From NCBI RefSeq assembly GCF_006345805.1, contig NC_042998.1, forward strand, positions 43,152,001 to 43,216,000: a stretch of 64,000 bases of DNA. Direction: 5' to 3'. Origin of the DNA: Octopus sinensis (lineage: Eukaryota). This document shows, one piece after another, positions 27,260-39,995 of this stretch; position 1 is the stretch's first letter, and every line of letters begins with the position of its first letter. A model generated the notes under the pieces. The model was not told the origin of the DNA. It worked only from the letters and a program-made list of their open reading frames with translations, and ran no database searches. The position numbers and the translations under genes are program-made.

Positions 27260-27262
27260 TAT

Positions 27263-27798
<536 letters not shown>

Positions 27799-27825
27799 CG
27801 TGTGTGTGTGTGTGTGTGCGTGTAG

Positions 27826-28065
27826 GCACGTGGCTTAGTGGTTAGGGTGTCAGCATCATGATTGTAAGATTGTGGTTTCGATTCCTGTGCGATGCGTTGT
27901 GTTCTTGAGTAAAACACTTCATTTCACGTTGCTCCAGTCCACTCAGCTGGCAAAAATGAGTAACGCTGCGATGGACCGGCGTCCCGTCCAGCTGGAGAAC
28001 ACATACGCCATAGAAACCGGGAAACCGGACCCATGAGCCTGGCTAGGCTTTATAAGGGCGCATTT
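27826..28065 (+). mobile_element. SINE family 3
   Basis: GCACGTGGCTTAGTGGTTAGGGTG...GGTTTCGATTCC head. Confidence 0.85.
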
Positions 28066-28562
28066 ATATATATATATATATATATACATACATATATATG
28101 CGGCGTGCTTCCACAGTTTTCGTTTACCAAATTCATTCACAAGTCATCGGTCAACCCTGAGCTATAGCAGATGATACTTTCCCAAGGTATCGTACAGTGG
28201 GACTGAACTCGACACCACGAAGTTGCAATGCGAGTTTCTTATCCACAAGGGCCATACCTGCGCCCATAAGTAAATCTATGAAAAAAAAAACTGTTCTCAG
28301 TTTTGTTACAGAATATTGTCATCTGAGTTGTTTACATGCGGCTTAACTGATTTTATGATAAATACCAACTGTATCTTTAAGCATACCATGTTTATATGAC
28401 AGTGAAACGTCTGTGTGATTAAACCAAAGTAATCTAAGTATGAGTGCATGTGTATGTGGATGGACTTATCGGTTCAAGTATGCCGGTGACTTAGTTTCCT
28501 CTTGATCTACAGTTCATATATTCGAAGCACGCTCTAAAACTTTAATGCTGTAATATATTTAG

Positions 28563-28742
28563 AAGGTTGATTGTTACGGCCAGTCAGAAAGTGACCATTG
28601 CTTTACGCTATAAAGCGCTTAACTGTATAGGCGACTCGTCAGACTCAGGAACATATAAGTCTGACGAGTCGCCTATACAGCTAAATGCTTTAAAAGTGTG
28701 AAGCCAATGGTCACTCTCTGACCGGCCATAGTAAACAACCTT
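28563..28742. repeat. Foldback palindrome, about 85-bp arms, 12-nt loop, next to (TA)n
   Basis: ...CTGTATAGGCGACTCGTCAGACT-CAGGAACATATA-AGTCTGACGAGTCGCCTATACAG...; single-arm copy at about 26625-26690. Confidence 0.85.
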
Positions 28743-29006
28743 ATATATATATTTGTATTGAGCGTGCGCGCGCACACACACACACACACACATGGCATTC
28801 ATATCGAACAGTATCATAGATAATCTAGCGCGCCAAAATCCTAATTTCTTCAGTTTTGTAGGTTTAATTGTTGTAAGCATCGTCGATTATGAGTCTGCAA
28901 GCAAAAGTTGGTAAAGGTAGGGAGGAGGTTTAGTTTTAACTTTTTTTTCATTTTACACACATATGTATGTGTATAAACACACACACACACACATGCAGGG
29001 AGAGAA

Positions 29007-29210
29007 AGGTGGCGAGCTGACGGAAGCGTTAGCACGCCGGGAAAATGCTTGGCGGCAATTTGTCTGTCTTTACGTTCTGAGTTCTAATTCCGCCGAAGTC
29101 GACTTTGCATTTTATCCTTTCGGGGTCAACAAATTAAGTACCAAACACTGCGGCCGATGTAATCGACTAGTCTTTTGCCCCAAAATATCTGGCCTTGTGC
29201 CTATAATAGA
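29007..29210 (+). mobile_element. SINE family 2
   Basis: GGTGGCGAGCTGACGGAAGCGTTAGCACGCCGGG head. Confidence 0.85.
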
Positions 29211-29227
29211 GAGTATATGTACAGAGG

Positions 29228-29322
<95 letters not shown>

Positions 29323-29840
29323 CAGACAGACAGAGAGCAAGGTTGTTCAACTAGGATATCAATTTATCTTCAGTTTACATCAGTGGGGCTGAGATAGTGT
29401 GCGCATGTAGTGGCCTAAATTTCAAAATAGCTTTGTTACCGAATTGTAATTGCACTCATGATTTTTATGTATCAAACTGCGTATTTGAAGGAGCAGTGTG
29501 TGTGTGTGTGTGCGCGTAAATATACACTGTATGTATGTATGTATGTCTATACACACACACATCATTCATTTCGACACCTGACGTGTGGTACACCGTGCAC
29601 CTGTTCATGCAACGTCGACTTGAAGGCGGGAGTGCGCTAACGTATAACAAATACATTTGATCACTATAAACAAATCATTTGTGTTGGTCGTTCAGCAAAA
29701 GCTGACGCTCATACGTCGTCTTCGACGGGAGAGTCCTTCCCTTCTTTCCTGAGCGTCCAATAATACTTTATGTGTTCCATGTCCTCGCGTTGCTGTGTTT
29801 TTTTTTGTGTTTTCTTGTTTGGATTAACTATATATATATA

Positions 29841-30238
29841 CTAGCAGTATTGCCCGGCGTTGCTCGGGTTTGTAAGGGAAATAACTATATAAGCATTTTT
29901 AGAGTGTTATAGCCAAAAACTAGCAAAAAAATGCATTAAAAATGGAAAAAAAATGATGGTAATTTTTTTTTTAAATCGTTGACTCATCGTAGACATTTTT
30001 AGAGAGTTACCTCCCTTATATAATAGCGAAAAAATGCATTGAAATGGGGAAAAACGACGGTAATTTTTTTTTTAAATCGTAGACTCATCGTAGACGCGCG
30101 CTAATACCCAGAAGGGCTCGATATGAATCACGATTATAAGATACCCAGTTTTGGTTAAACTGCACCGCAAAATGTGGGAGTAGTTAGGAATCTAAATCGT
30201 AGGAGACAGACACACAACTTCACTTTTATATATAAAGA
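29841..30238 (-). mobile_element. Non-autonomous Helitron with internal about 120-bp tandem duplication
   Basis: A^TCTTTATATATAAAA 5' end; 3' hairpin CCCGAGCAACGCCGGG then CTAG^T. Confidence 0.85.
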
Positions 30239-30279
30239 TATCCATTCAAAATATGACCGCGTGTGTACCGTTGGCAATT

Positions 30280-30452
30280 TTTCTCCTCTGTCTTCCCTTC
30301 TTTGGATCTCTCCTTTTCCTATGTTTCTGACGAAGAGCTCCGCTCGAATCGTTAAACACTCCTTCTTTCCTGAGGGTCCAATACTATACTTGTTCCACGT
30401 CCTCGCGTTGTTGTGTTTTCTCTTTGTGTTTCCATGTTTGGATTAACTATAT
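30280..30452 (+). repeat. Hammerhead-bearing short repeat, subfamily A
   Basis: UGUUU-CUGACGA-A-GAGC(UCC)GCUC-GAAU-CG-UU-AAACA at 30322-30358; 5-bp stem I, one core substitution. Confidence 0.75.
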
Positions 30453-30453
30453 C

Positions 30454-30485
<32 letters not shown>

Positions 30486-30673
30486 TGTATCTATCTATCT
30501 ATCTATCTATATATATATATATATATATAAAGGAAATGAAGAAAATGCTGACAAAATAATTTAAGTAATTTAATTAGGTGAAAGTTCTTTTTACCGGTTG
30601 CGCATTTGTTATGCTTATCAAAAGATATTTTTTTAAAAGAGATATAGAGTTCCTTTCTGATAGATTTTTTCCT

Positions 30674-30718
<45 letters not shown>

Positions 30719-30719
30719 C

Positions 30720-31000
30720 AATTGTAGCGTGGAAGGTGTTTATAAGCCATTTAAGAAACACACAAAAACCGTTAGATTCACTTCAATATTTAAATTTAAT
30801 TTGCCAAAACATTTTCGTTGCTTTGAGACCGCGACCTGTTCACTTCAGTTTCGTGGTGCATCACGGAATTTTGTCAGTGAACAGGTCGCGGTCTCAAAGC
30901 GACGAAAATATTTTGGCAAATTGAATTTAAATGTTGAAGTGAATCTAACGGTTTTTGTGTGTTTCTTAAAGGGCTTATAAACACCTTCCACGCTGCAATT
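30720..31000. repeat. 281-bp foldback palindrome, 125-bp arms with 6 mismatches, next to (TA)n
   Basis: 30720-30844 versus 30876-31000 compared base by base. Confidence 0.95.
30870..30920 (+). ncRNA. Candidate type-I hammerhead with G3:C8 swapped core
   Basis: UUUGUCA-GUGAACA-G-GUCGC(GGUCUCAAA)GCGAC-GAAA-AUAU-UU-UGGCAAA; 7-bp stem I, 5-bp stem II, palindromic stem III. Confidence 0.55.
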
Positions 31001-31829
31001 CTTTTCGTTCCAGCACACGATGTCAGATCAGGTCACTTGCTATGCAAGTACATCACTAGCAAAAAGCTGAATGGATGAAAATGAATACAATAATGTCACT
31101 ATTCATTTATTTGTACATAAAAACATGATATTTACTTGCAAACTGATATGTTCGAAACCTTTAAGATATTGACCCTGGCGGCGACGATTAAGGTGCTCTC
31201 ATCGTGCCGAATATTAATGCGCAGCCTTTTCCTATATAGAGGCTTAATTCGTTTTGAGCCAAAACGAAATGTTACATCGCTACATGAAATCACTAATACA
31301 TTGTTGTTGAAGGAATTAAGATGTATGAATTATTCACAGCCTTAACAGAATTTAAATTAATTTTCCCGCCTGAATTTGTTTCTTCACAACTTTCAGAAAA
31401 ATGGATATATTTCTCATGAAATTTTCAACAAATATAGTCTAATTATATATCGGAATTTATTCTTTTCTACTCTAGACACAAGGCCAAATAATTTTGGGGA
31501 GGGAAGCGGGGGGGGGGGGCAATTGGTACTTGATTTATCGACCCCGTAAGGATGAAAGGTAAAGTCGACCTCGGCGGAATTATATCGGAATTTATTGTGA
31601 AAAAAATTTCGGAGAGAGCAGAGAGGAGTTTCGGCAAAATCGCACGAGTCTATTTTGTTTCCTCTTAGCTGCCAGAAAAATAGGTATTTTTTAAAGAAAT
31701 GGGTATTTTAAAGATGGTGTAGATTATGATTATATAAGAATTTAATGTAAAAAAAAAAAAAATGGTTGGCGCTCACACACATACCGACACACATGACAAC
31801 TTTTTTTAAATTTCAAAGTTTAATTTTCT

Positions 31830-31975
31830 CCCTTTTCTTTTGGACCCTCCACTGTCTCCTGTTTTTGAAGAGGAGCTTTGCTCGAAACATAAAAACACCC
31901 TTTATTTCCTTCCCTGAATATCTTATTAATACATTGCATGTACCACGTCTTCGCGTTGTGGTTTTTTTCTAGTGT
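31830..31975 (+). repeat. Hammerhead-bearing short repeat, subfamily A (decayed)
   Basis: TTGAAGA-G-GAGC(TTT)GCTC-GAAA-CA-TA. Confidence 0.65.
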
Positions 31976-33087
31976 TTTTTCTCCGTTTTTTTTTGGGGTG
32001 TGTGTGCATTAATTAAGTTTGTGTGTGTGCGCGCGCGTGTATGTGTGTGTGCGCGCGTGCGTGTGATATGTGTATTAGTATGTTTATGTACGCGCCCATT
32101 ATTTTCTTTATTTTTTGCACATGAAATTCTGATGTAATCGAAATGTACGCCATGTGAAAGATATTTGTAGAAAATTTCATATAAAAAAGATCCCTTTTTC
32201 TGAAGGTTATGAGGAAACAAAATCGGTAGGAGAGGAGCATTCTTGTGTAGGTATGCCGTTAAGATATTTTCAGTAATAACAGAATTTGTTTTCTAGTCTA
32301 GTGTTGAAAATGCGACCATATCAAGTTAAACTTGTTATTTACGGCAAAGTTTTGCTAAAAAAACATCAGGTTCAGCTAGAAACTATGTATGTATGTATTA
32401 TGTATGTATGTAAACAATGTCGATTTGATTTAATGGGAATTGTTAACATTTCGATTTGTATAATATATTAGTAAAATAATCTGATTCGTTCAAGCGATCT
32501 TAATCATTAAGCTCAATTATTGTATGACGAATTTATGCATCGAAATAGAGAAACAGAACGACAAGTCTATTAATTAGCATTCGACAAAAACGAAGTAAGC
32601 CTGCCCATTTACTGTTGCCATTCAATTTGATTACTATAATTTGTTCAATTTAACATGTATTAGATGTTGAAAGTATTCTGGGTACTGGATCAGCTTTAAA
32701 CACCCAGTCGTTCATAAAAGTTAACGACAGTAAATAGTACTATTGTAACAGAACAAGTACAGAATCACTGAATCGGAATTGATGGCTTGCATGCATTTAA
32801 TGTAAAGTGTATTGGAGTTCTGAAGTATTCCGAGTTTTCAATCTTAAACGACTAATCGGTCATAAAATTTGCAAGCAGTAGAGGATCTATTAATAAAGCA
32901 TTTAGTTAAACAACAGGCCTCTGGCAAAGCACAGTTTATAGCATATTTTACTTTTGTTCCTAGCTTAATCCGACACTAGTTGTTAGAACCATGTACGTCT
33001 TCACTCGATATGTAACAGTTAATATCCATAGAAAAAAAAGAAAAGAAATGAAAAATATGGTCTGCTTGGCGCAGACATGGCTGTCTG

Positions 33088-33462
33088 TAGATGGTGCGAT
33101 GTACATGAGGAACGTTTGAAGGATCTTGGGAATAGGAAATTTACTAGCGGTTCCCAGCCGCAAGTATATCCCTGTTGGGAGAACGTCTTGTTTGCCGTAG
33201 ATTTTCCACAGATGCAGGGACAGGACGGGTTGAAGTCGCCTGTTGCCGGATCAGATGCTTCTGTTCACCAGAGCCCCGTAAGCCGGGTGCGGCTCTGATA
33301 CCGCCGGGTGTCAGAACAATCTGCCTTGGGTGGCCCTATTAGAAACCGAAGTCTCCGACGGCATAGCTCTGACAGTTCCGTTTCACCGTTTCATTCATTG
33401 AGGATGAATGAAGCCAGCTCAACCCACCCCGGGTGAATGCTGTCTCAAGACAAGAGAAGAAA
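33088..33462. mobile_element. Unclassified 375-bp GC-rich insertion with 13-bp TSD
   Basis: ACATGGCTGTCTG at 33075-33087 and 33463-33475; purine tail CAAGACAAGAGAAGAA on plus strand. Confidence 0.75.
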
Positions 33463-33689
33463 ACATGGCTGTCTGGTTTAGAAACTCGCTTTGCAGCTAC
33501 GAGGTTTTGGCTTCGGTCCTATTGCGCAATAACTTCGAGGATTGTCTTCAATTATAGTCCCTGGCCGACCAAAGCCTTGTGAATAAATTTGATAGACGGA
33601 AACTATGTGGAAGACTACCGTATGTATGTATGTATGTATGTATGTATGTATGTATGTATGTATGTATGTATGTATGCAATTCAAGTTTA

Positions 33690-33805
33690 ACGAAAACAAG
33701 ACAGGTGAGGGAACAACAATCAGGTGTACTAGTTTGACGCTCGGGAAGAATGGAAGTCTTTGACGTTTCAAGCTTACTCTTTCCGATAGGAAGGGTTGAG
33801 AAGAA
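33690..33805 (-). repeat. Hammerhead-bearing short repeat, subfamily B
   Basis: Minus strand CTATCGG..GCTT-GAAA-CG-TC-AAAGAC; similar to 9520-9672. Confidence 0.65.
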
Positions 33806-34039
33806 AAAAATTTTTTAAAAAGAGACAAAATGTGTAGGGATTGTATGTATGTGTGTGTGTGTGCGCGCATGCGCGCATGCGCACGTTTGTGTGTCTAACA
33901 TTACCGTAACTTAGCGCAGTTCGATAAAAGAAATACCATAACTACTAGACCTTAAAAAATCAGTAATAAGTACTAGAGTCGATTTATTCGACAAAACCCC
34001 ATTCAGAGTGGTACCCAACCGTTGCCATAACCCAATGAC

Positions 34040-34730
34040 CAGTGGCTGCTCGTAGATAAAATTAGTTGGGGTGCTGCTTCAGAAATATTTTTAGTCGTTG
34101 TTTTAATATTGTCTAAAAGGAAACAAAGATATAAAAAAAAAAAATTTATACGTAAACTTGATCGGTTCGCGTTTTAGCCACTGCCGTGCAGCGTGCTTAA
34201 TTTGTTCACTGAACATCGCCGCGAATTCCCCCTTGTTTTTCAAAAATCCTCCCTAAATCACAAAATAGCAGGGTAGGAATGTGCCCCATTTTTCAAATCC
34301 TGGTAGCAACACTGAAACTGGAAGCAGGGTAATAATCTAATTCTACACTTTATCGCATTCAAGAATATAAACACGTTTTTAAGCACAACACATGCGGAGT
34401 CAAAAAGAAGCACCTCCTTCCAACAGAACACCGGGGTTGGCACTGTTGTTCACGGAGCGCTCTCTCTCCCACGGACATGTGAGCATGCGAACAACAGCCA
34501 AATACCGCATCGCTGGATGTGCGAAGCGCATAGTTCTATTCAGGGATTTTTGTATTTTTTTCATAAACTGGAGGATGACTGCTGACATTAAGCTTAAGGA
34601 TTATATAATGTACAAGTATAAAGAAAGAATTAAAGAAAAAAAGGACTCGTTATATTGAATGTTATCGATAATATCGGGTGGAAATAGGGGGTGCTGCAGT
34701 TCCGCAGTGCCTATACATGAGCCGCCGCTG
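34040..34730. mobile_element. Non-autonomous hAT element (Tip100-like termini)
   Basis: CAGTGGCTGCTCGT / ATGAGCCGCCGCTG TIRs; perfect 8-bp TSD CCAATGAC. Confidence 0.85.
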
Positions 34731-34945
34731 CCAATGACTGAAACAAGAAAAAGACAGAAGAGATATGACGTGTACCAAAATCAATAAATTAAAGTTACGT
34801 AACATTTCGTAGAACACTGAATACCTTTCGGCATTTGTTCTGACTGTCTGCGCTCATAGTTTAAATCGCGCTGTGGTCAACGGATGAGATAGAATATCAG
34901 TCCACACACATATACACAAAATCTACGTCGCTTCTTTCTCTACAG

Positions 34946-35128
34946 TTCAATAACCATGCAAGATTATTGCATCACTCACGTGTAACTATGTTGGCTCTCA
35001 TGTGTCGACATGTAAGCAACCAGATTGCCATCTCAATAGTGTTCGTTGCTGGGTATAATACATTGGAATGCAGTACCTCAGCAGCTGTTTCTGAAATACT
35101 CAACTTATCACTAGAACGGGCTATACAT
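34946..35128 (+). other. Candidate exon (183 nt, open only in phase 0), product unrecognised
   Basis: Acceptor CTTCTTTCTCTACAG, donor CAT|GTGAGT; frame stays open to 35365. Confidence 0.25.
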
Positions 35129-35842
35129 GTGAGTGCCTATTTGATCTTACATCTTCACATGCATGTGCAGAGCTGGGGAAGATTGTTTTTGAAGACTAGT
35201 GCTCACCCATTCATGCAAATTTCCTCTCCAAGATACCAATGTTTCTCCAAGGGAAATGCTGCCGATTTGGAAATACAGTTTGGCAGCAATGCTGTCGCAG
35301 GAATTGCTTTGAGAGTGCAAAGAGCCGAAACATATACCACAAGGTATCTTGCCCAACTCTCTTAAGAATCTTCCAAATCACCGCCCTGGATATTTTTAAA
35401 ATCGATTTCGAAAGGATAAAAAACAAAGTTGATCTCAGCAGGACTTGAACTGAAAGCGCAGCAAATATCGCGAGGCATGCTATCCAACGCGTTAACGATT
35501 CTGCCAATGTTATAAGTTAAATAGTTGTAATATAATTGATTAAATCATCTTTCAGTATTTTGCTGGGGTTAATCAGTCCCCTGAGATATGTAAGCAAAAC
35601 TGGTCCGGATGGGATTTGAAATAAGGGATGTAACTATAATTACTTCAAAACATTTTCTCTGTTGCTCTTACAGCTCATAGCATTCATCAACCAGTGAAGT
35701 ACTAATATTAGCAAATTAGAGATGATACTTGAGGAGTGTCGGAGAGCAAGAGTTAAGCGCTCTCGGTTAGCGAGCTCGCTACTAACTTGAGGAAGGAAAG
35801 AAAAAAGAGAATGAAGGAAAGAAAAACAGAATGAAGGAAAGA

Positions 35843-35873
<31 letters not shown>

Positions 35874-36953
35874 AAGAGATTTATCTGAAGTAATCACGAC
35901 CACTCTTCTATTATAAACGTCTTATAAAACCTTGTCAAATGAATAATTATTACTTTTGGAAAGTAAGAAACTGTTATTTCGTTTATTTAGTTTCTTGTTT
36001 CTTATTCATTCGAATCAAACTATTCAGTGTGTCTGTGTTTATGAAGTATATTTATAAAATATTTACAAGAACTGTTGAAAATACGGCTGTTAATTTAATA
36101 TGCTTCATTTTTATTAATTTATCAAAACGTTTTAAAATTATCCACTTGCTTTTGCTTAACAGTCGTGGTTGCCACTGATATCTTGCCTATTATAGCAGCA
36201 GGTTGACAAGGTTATTGTAGTTTGCTGCGTGTACCACCGACACTAGTCCATCCCCAGCAGGCATATGATCAAAGGCCGTGATCCTCCAATCGTTTTGTGG
36301 GGTAGGGGTTGGGTTAGCTAGTGTGTCCAGTACTGTATTATACAATGTGTCCTTCCGTTTTTCTTTTTAAGGCAAATTACGATATGAGATTTATGTGCTA
36401 TTATTTCTAGCTGTTCGCTGTTTTATGTCTAGTATTTGCCTATCTTCAATGTTTGCGCTGCACAAAAACAACAACACACAAAACAAAAATACAAACAAAA
36501 AAACTTCAGTACTTTATCCAGTGGAGCTTTTGCCATGATAACGTTTATGAACGTTACAAATGTAAGATTGCCGAAGGATTTTGTAAGAATAATTATGTTT
36601 TTGAATTGTATTTATTAATTGTAATTTGATCGTTTCTTATCTTTTATAAACTGACAATTTTTTCGAAACAATTACCGCATTTTTTTAAAATTAGGATTTT
36701 GCTACACTGTTTTGATAATTTGTCCAGACGTAAAAATCTCGTGTAAAGTTTAAAGGTAACGAAATGTTTACGTTCAGTGTATAAAATCAAAGAAATCCAT
36801 TAATTTGTAATAATTTCATTAAAATTATTAGAAAATAAACTTATATATTTCATCAACATGAAGTTAAAGCTGATAAATATGTTTATTTTTATGTTGTATT
36901 AATTTTCGATTTTGCTCAATGATCTTTTAAATCTGTCCTTTTCTTTCTCACAG

Positions 36954-37064
36954 GTCTCAAACAGATCATTTGGTCTTTAGTGAAAGCGGACTTCGGAACT
37001 TAACATAAATGTTCAGGGGGTTTTCCAGCAATCTGGATTGTTACTAAATTGGACGCTAAAAAAT
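36954..37064 (+). other. Candidate non-coding or UTR exon (111 nt)
   Basis: Acceptor TCCTTTTCTTTCTCACAG, donor AAT|GTAAGT; stops in all three frames. Confidence 0.4.
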
Positions 37065-37987
37065 GTAAGTGATTTTTTTTTCCAGTTAATTTTATATCGA
37101 AATTCGTTTATTAATAATAACGGTTTCTATGTAAAACAAGTCAAAATTGAATTTACAGCACATACGACAACATAACGAACGAACATTTTACATATATTTG
37201 TACGCGTTAACACAATTGCATAGGCCATGTAAATAGTTGTATATTGATTGTATGGGGTCGTGCGTGTGCGATGTCTGTGTGTGCGTATGTGTTTGTAGTT
37301 ATGTAGTTCACTTCGCAACCACGTGATTCCGAGTTCGATATTACATCATAGCACCTTGGTCGAGTGTCTTTCACTGACCAATATTTTGTAATATTTTGTA
37401 AGAGAAATTTGGAATTTGATAGACAGAAACTCTTCCTCTCCCTCTCTTTTTCTTCATTACGTTTACGGTCTTAAAAGAAAGTGTTTGTCTTTAGGTCCTG
37501 TAACTAAACGCTTCGAGAAAAAGTTGTTGGGTAGATTAAATGAGTTGGCGATAGAAATCGATATGGTTAACGTTTGAAGCCGTTGCCCCGGTATAGTCAC
37601 AGTTCATTGACCGAAACCAGTAAAGAATGCAGAGGCATGAATGTATCTGTAAAACGCGTCTTGATACAACGATGTGTGTGTGCGTGAGTGTTTCAAATGT
37701 AACAGCGGGTGTGAGTAAACATATATATCGTGGCAGACGCTTATTTTGATAACTTTCAGGGAAAAGTCACTTTTAACGTAGCAATAACCAGTTGACAATA
37801 TTAAACAGAGAATACAACGGAGATATGACCCAGTAATTTTCATAACATGCAAGTTTGATAAAATTATTCGTCATAAACATCTCTCTTTCTCTCTCGCTAT
37901 ATATATATGTGACATAATTACATAAACGAGCCCTTAAACATTTGTTTTCAAAACTTTCTGAAAAATGGATTTTTAAAAATAAAATTA

Positions 37988-38640
37988 GGCGCGGGCATGG
38001 CTTGCTTTCCAACCACCTTGTTCTGGGTTTTGTCACACAACGTGGCATCTTGGATAAATGACTTCTACTATAGCTCCGGGCTGATCAAAGCCTTCGAGTG
38101 GATTTGTTAGACGGAAAATTAAAGAAGTCAATCTCGTGTGTACGCGCGCGTGTGTGTGTGTGTGTGTGTGTGCCTTTGTGGGTACTATTTGAGAAGAGTG
38201 GTCCCGGTGCGCGCAGTCGCGTACTCACGCATCCGCGCCAGTTAGTCGTGACTTGTCGATCCTAGAACGACTACCTAGCAAAGTAAATAAAACACAAAAT
38301 AAATAATTTATTTACACAAAGTAATTAAAACACAAAAACACAAAGGATCGACTAGTCACGACTAGCTAGCGCGGACGGGCGAGTACGCGAGTGCGCGAAC
38401 CGGGACCACACTTTTTAAACTACCGCCTTTGTGTTTGCCTCACACGCTACCTCTTGACAACCGGTGCTGGTTTGTTTACGTACACCTAACTTAGCGGTTC
38501 GGTAAAAAGAGACTGATAGAATAAGTACTCGGCTTTACAAAACAAATGAATAAAGTACCTGGATAGGTTTGTTTGACAAAGTTCTTCAAGGCGATGCTCC
38601 AGCACGGCCGCAGTCTAATTAATGAAAGAAGTTAAAGATT
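37988..38640 (+). mobile_element. SINE family 1 interrupted by a MITE
   Basis: Head at 37988, tail resumes at 38425. Confidence 0.75.
38181..38424. mobile_element. GG-terminal MITE (Merlin/MULE-like), about 80-bp CpG-rich TIRs and AT-rich core
   Basis: GGTA...GTGGTCCCGGT...GTCGATCCT inverted; perfect 9-bp TSD GCCTTTGTG. Confidence 0.88.
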
Positions 38641-38809
38641 ATACGAATAAAGTTCATTCATTTTACATGATGTTGATTAAAGATTGAGGTGAGAAATGTT
38701 TCGGTTACTTCACACGCCTCGGTCTGTTTGCACATAACTTTCAGAAAAATGGGTATTTTTAACGTTATTTTCAATAAACATCTTTCGGGTGGTTTAGATT
38801 ACCTAATTT

Positions 38810-39036
38810 CTTTACTACCCACAAGGAGCTAAACACAGAGAGGACAAACAAGGACAGACAAACGGATTAAGTCGATTATATCGACCCCAGTGCGTAACTG
38901 GTACTTAATTTATCGACTCCGAAAGGATGAAAGGCAAAGTCGACCTCGGCGGAATTTAAACTCAGAACATAGCGGCAGACGAAATACCGCTAAGCATTTC
39001 GCCCGGCGTGCTAACGTTTCTGCCAGCTTGCCACCT
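38810..39036 (-). mobile_element. SINE family 2
   Basis: Full-length reverse-complement copy. Confidence 0.9.
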
Positions 39037-39363
39037 TGGGTGGTTTAGATTACCATCATGTCGAGATTTAATGTGGAACATAAAAAGGAAAGAAAAGAAA
39101 AGAAAAAAAAATGGGGGGACAGGCGATATTTCCTGCATTTCGACTTCAGTTTTCTCATAAATTATATTTTATCTCTAATCTTTTACTTGGTTCGGTCTTT
39201 TAAATGAATCGACCCCAGTGCTATTTTCTTAAAGCCTGGTACTTATTCTACCACCCATTTTACCGAACTGCTAGGTTATGGGGACGTAAGCAAACCAACA
39301 CCGGTTGTCAAGTAGTAGTGGAAGACAAACGCAAAGACACACAATATAAATATGTATAATATA

Positions 39364-39768
39364 GGCGCAGGAGTGGCTGTGTGGTAAGTAGATTGTTTAA
39401 CAACCACATGGTTCCGGGTTCAGTCCCACTGCATGGCATCTTGGGCAAGTGTCTTCTACTATAGCCTCGGGCTGACCGAAGCCTTGTGAGTGGATTTGGT
39501 AGACGGAAACTGAAAGAAGCCCGTCGTATATATGTATATATATGCATGTGTGTGTTTGTGTGTCTGTGTTTGTCCCCCTAGCATTGCTTGACAACCGATG
39601 CTGGTGTGTTTATGTCCCCGTTACTTTGCGGTTCGGCAAAAGAGACCGATAGAATAAGTACTGGGCTTACAAAAGAATAAGTCCCGGGGTCGAGTTGCTC
39701 GATTAAAGGCGGTGCTCCAGCATGGCCGCAGTCAAATGACTGAAACAGAGTAAAAGAGTAAAGAGTAA
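39364..39768 (+). mobile_element. SINE family 1
   Basis: Full-length copy. Confidence 0.92.
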
Positions 39769-39995
39769 TGTTTAACGCCACTTCGACATGACCGTAGAAA
39801 CCAACGTTACTAGAATTTTCAACCCCAGGAGGACACCTCCCCCAGTTGGTTATCGATGCAATCTGTGTGTGTGTGTATTTATATATATATATAAAGTTAA
39901 TCCAAACAAGAAAACAAAAACAAAAAAACACAACAACGCAAGGACGTGGAACAAATAAAGTATTATTGGACGCTCAGGAAAGAAGGGAAGAAGGA

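Larger units (their letters stand above)
33068..34760 (+). mobile_element. SINE family 1 copy split by nested insertions
   Basis: Head at 33068 resumes at 33463; middle at 33880-34039; tail resumes at 34731. Confidence 0.7.

Noticed and set aside
30845-30880. Minus-strand CUGACAA...GAAAC in the palindrome loop
   Set aside because: Needs a 6-nt insertion after A9 and has G8A; explained by loop asymmetry of the palindrome
30720-31000. Arm mismatches mostly A/G, as a possible ADAR signature
   Set aside because: Only six differences, direction unknown, and transitions or CpG decay explain them
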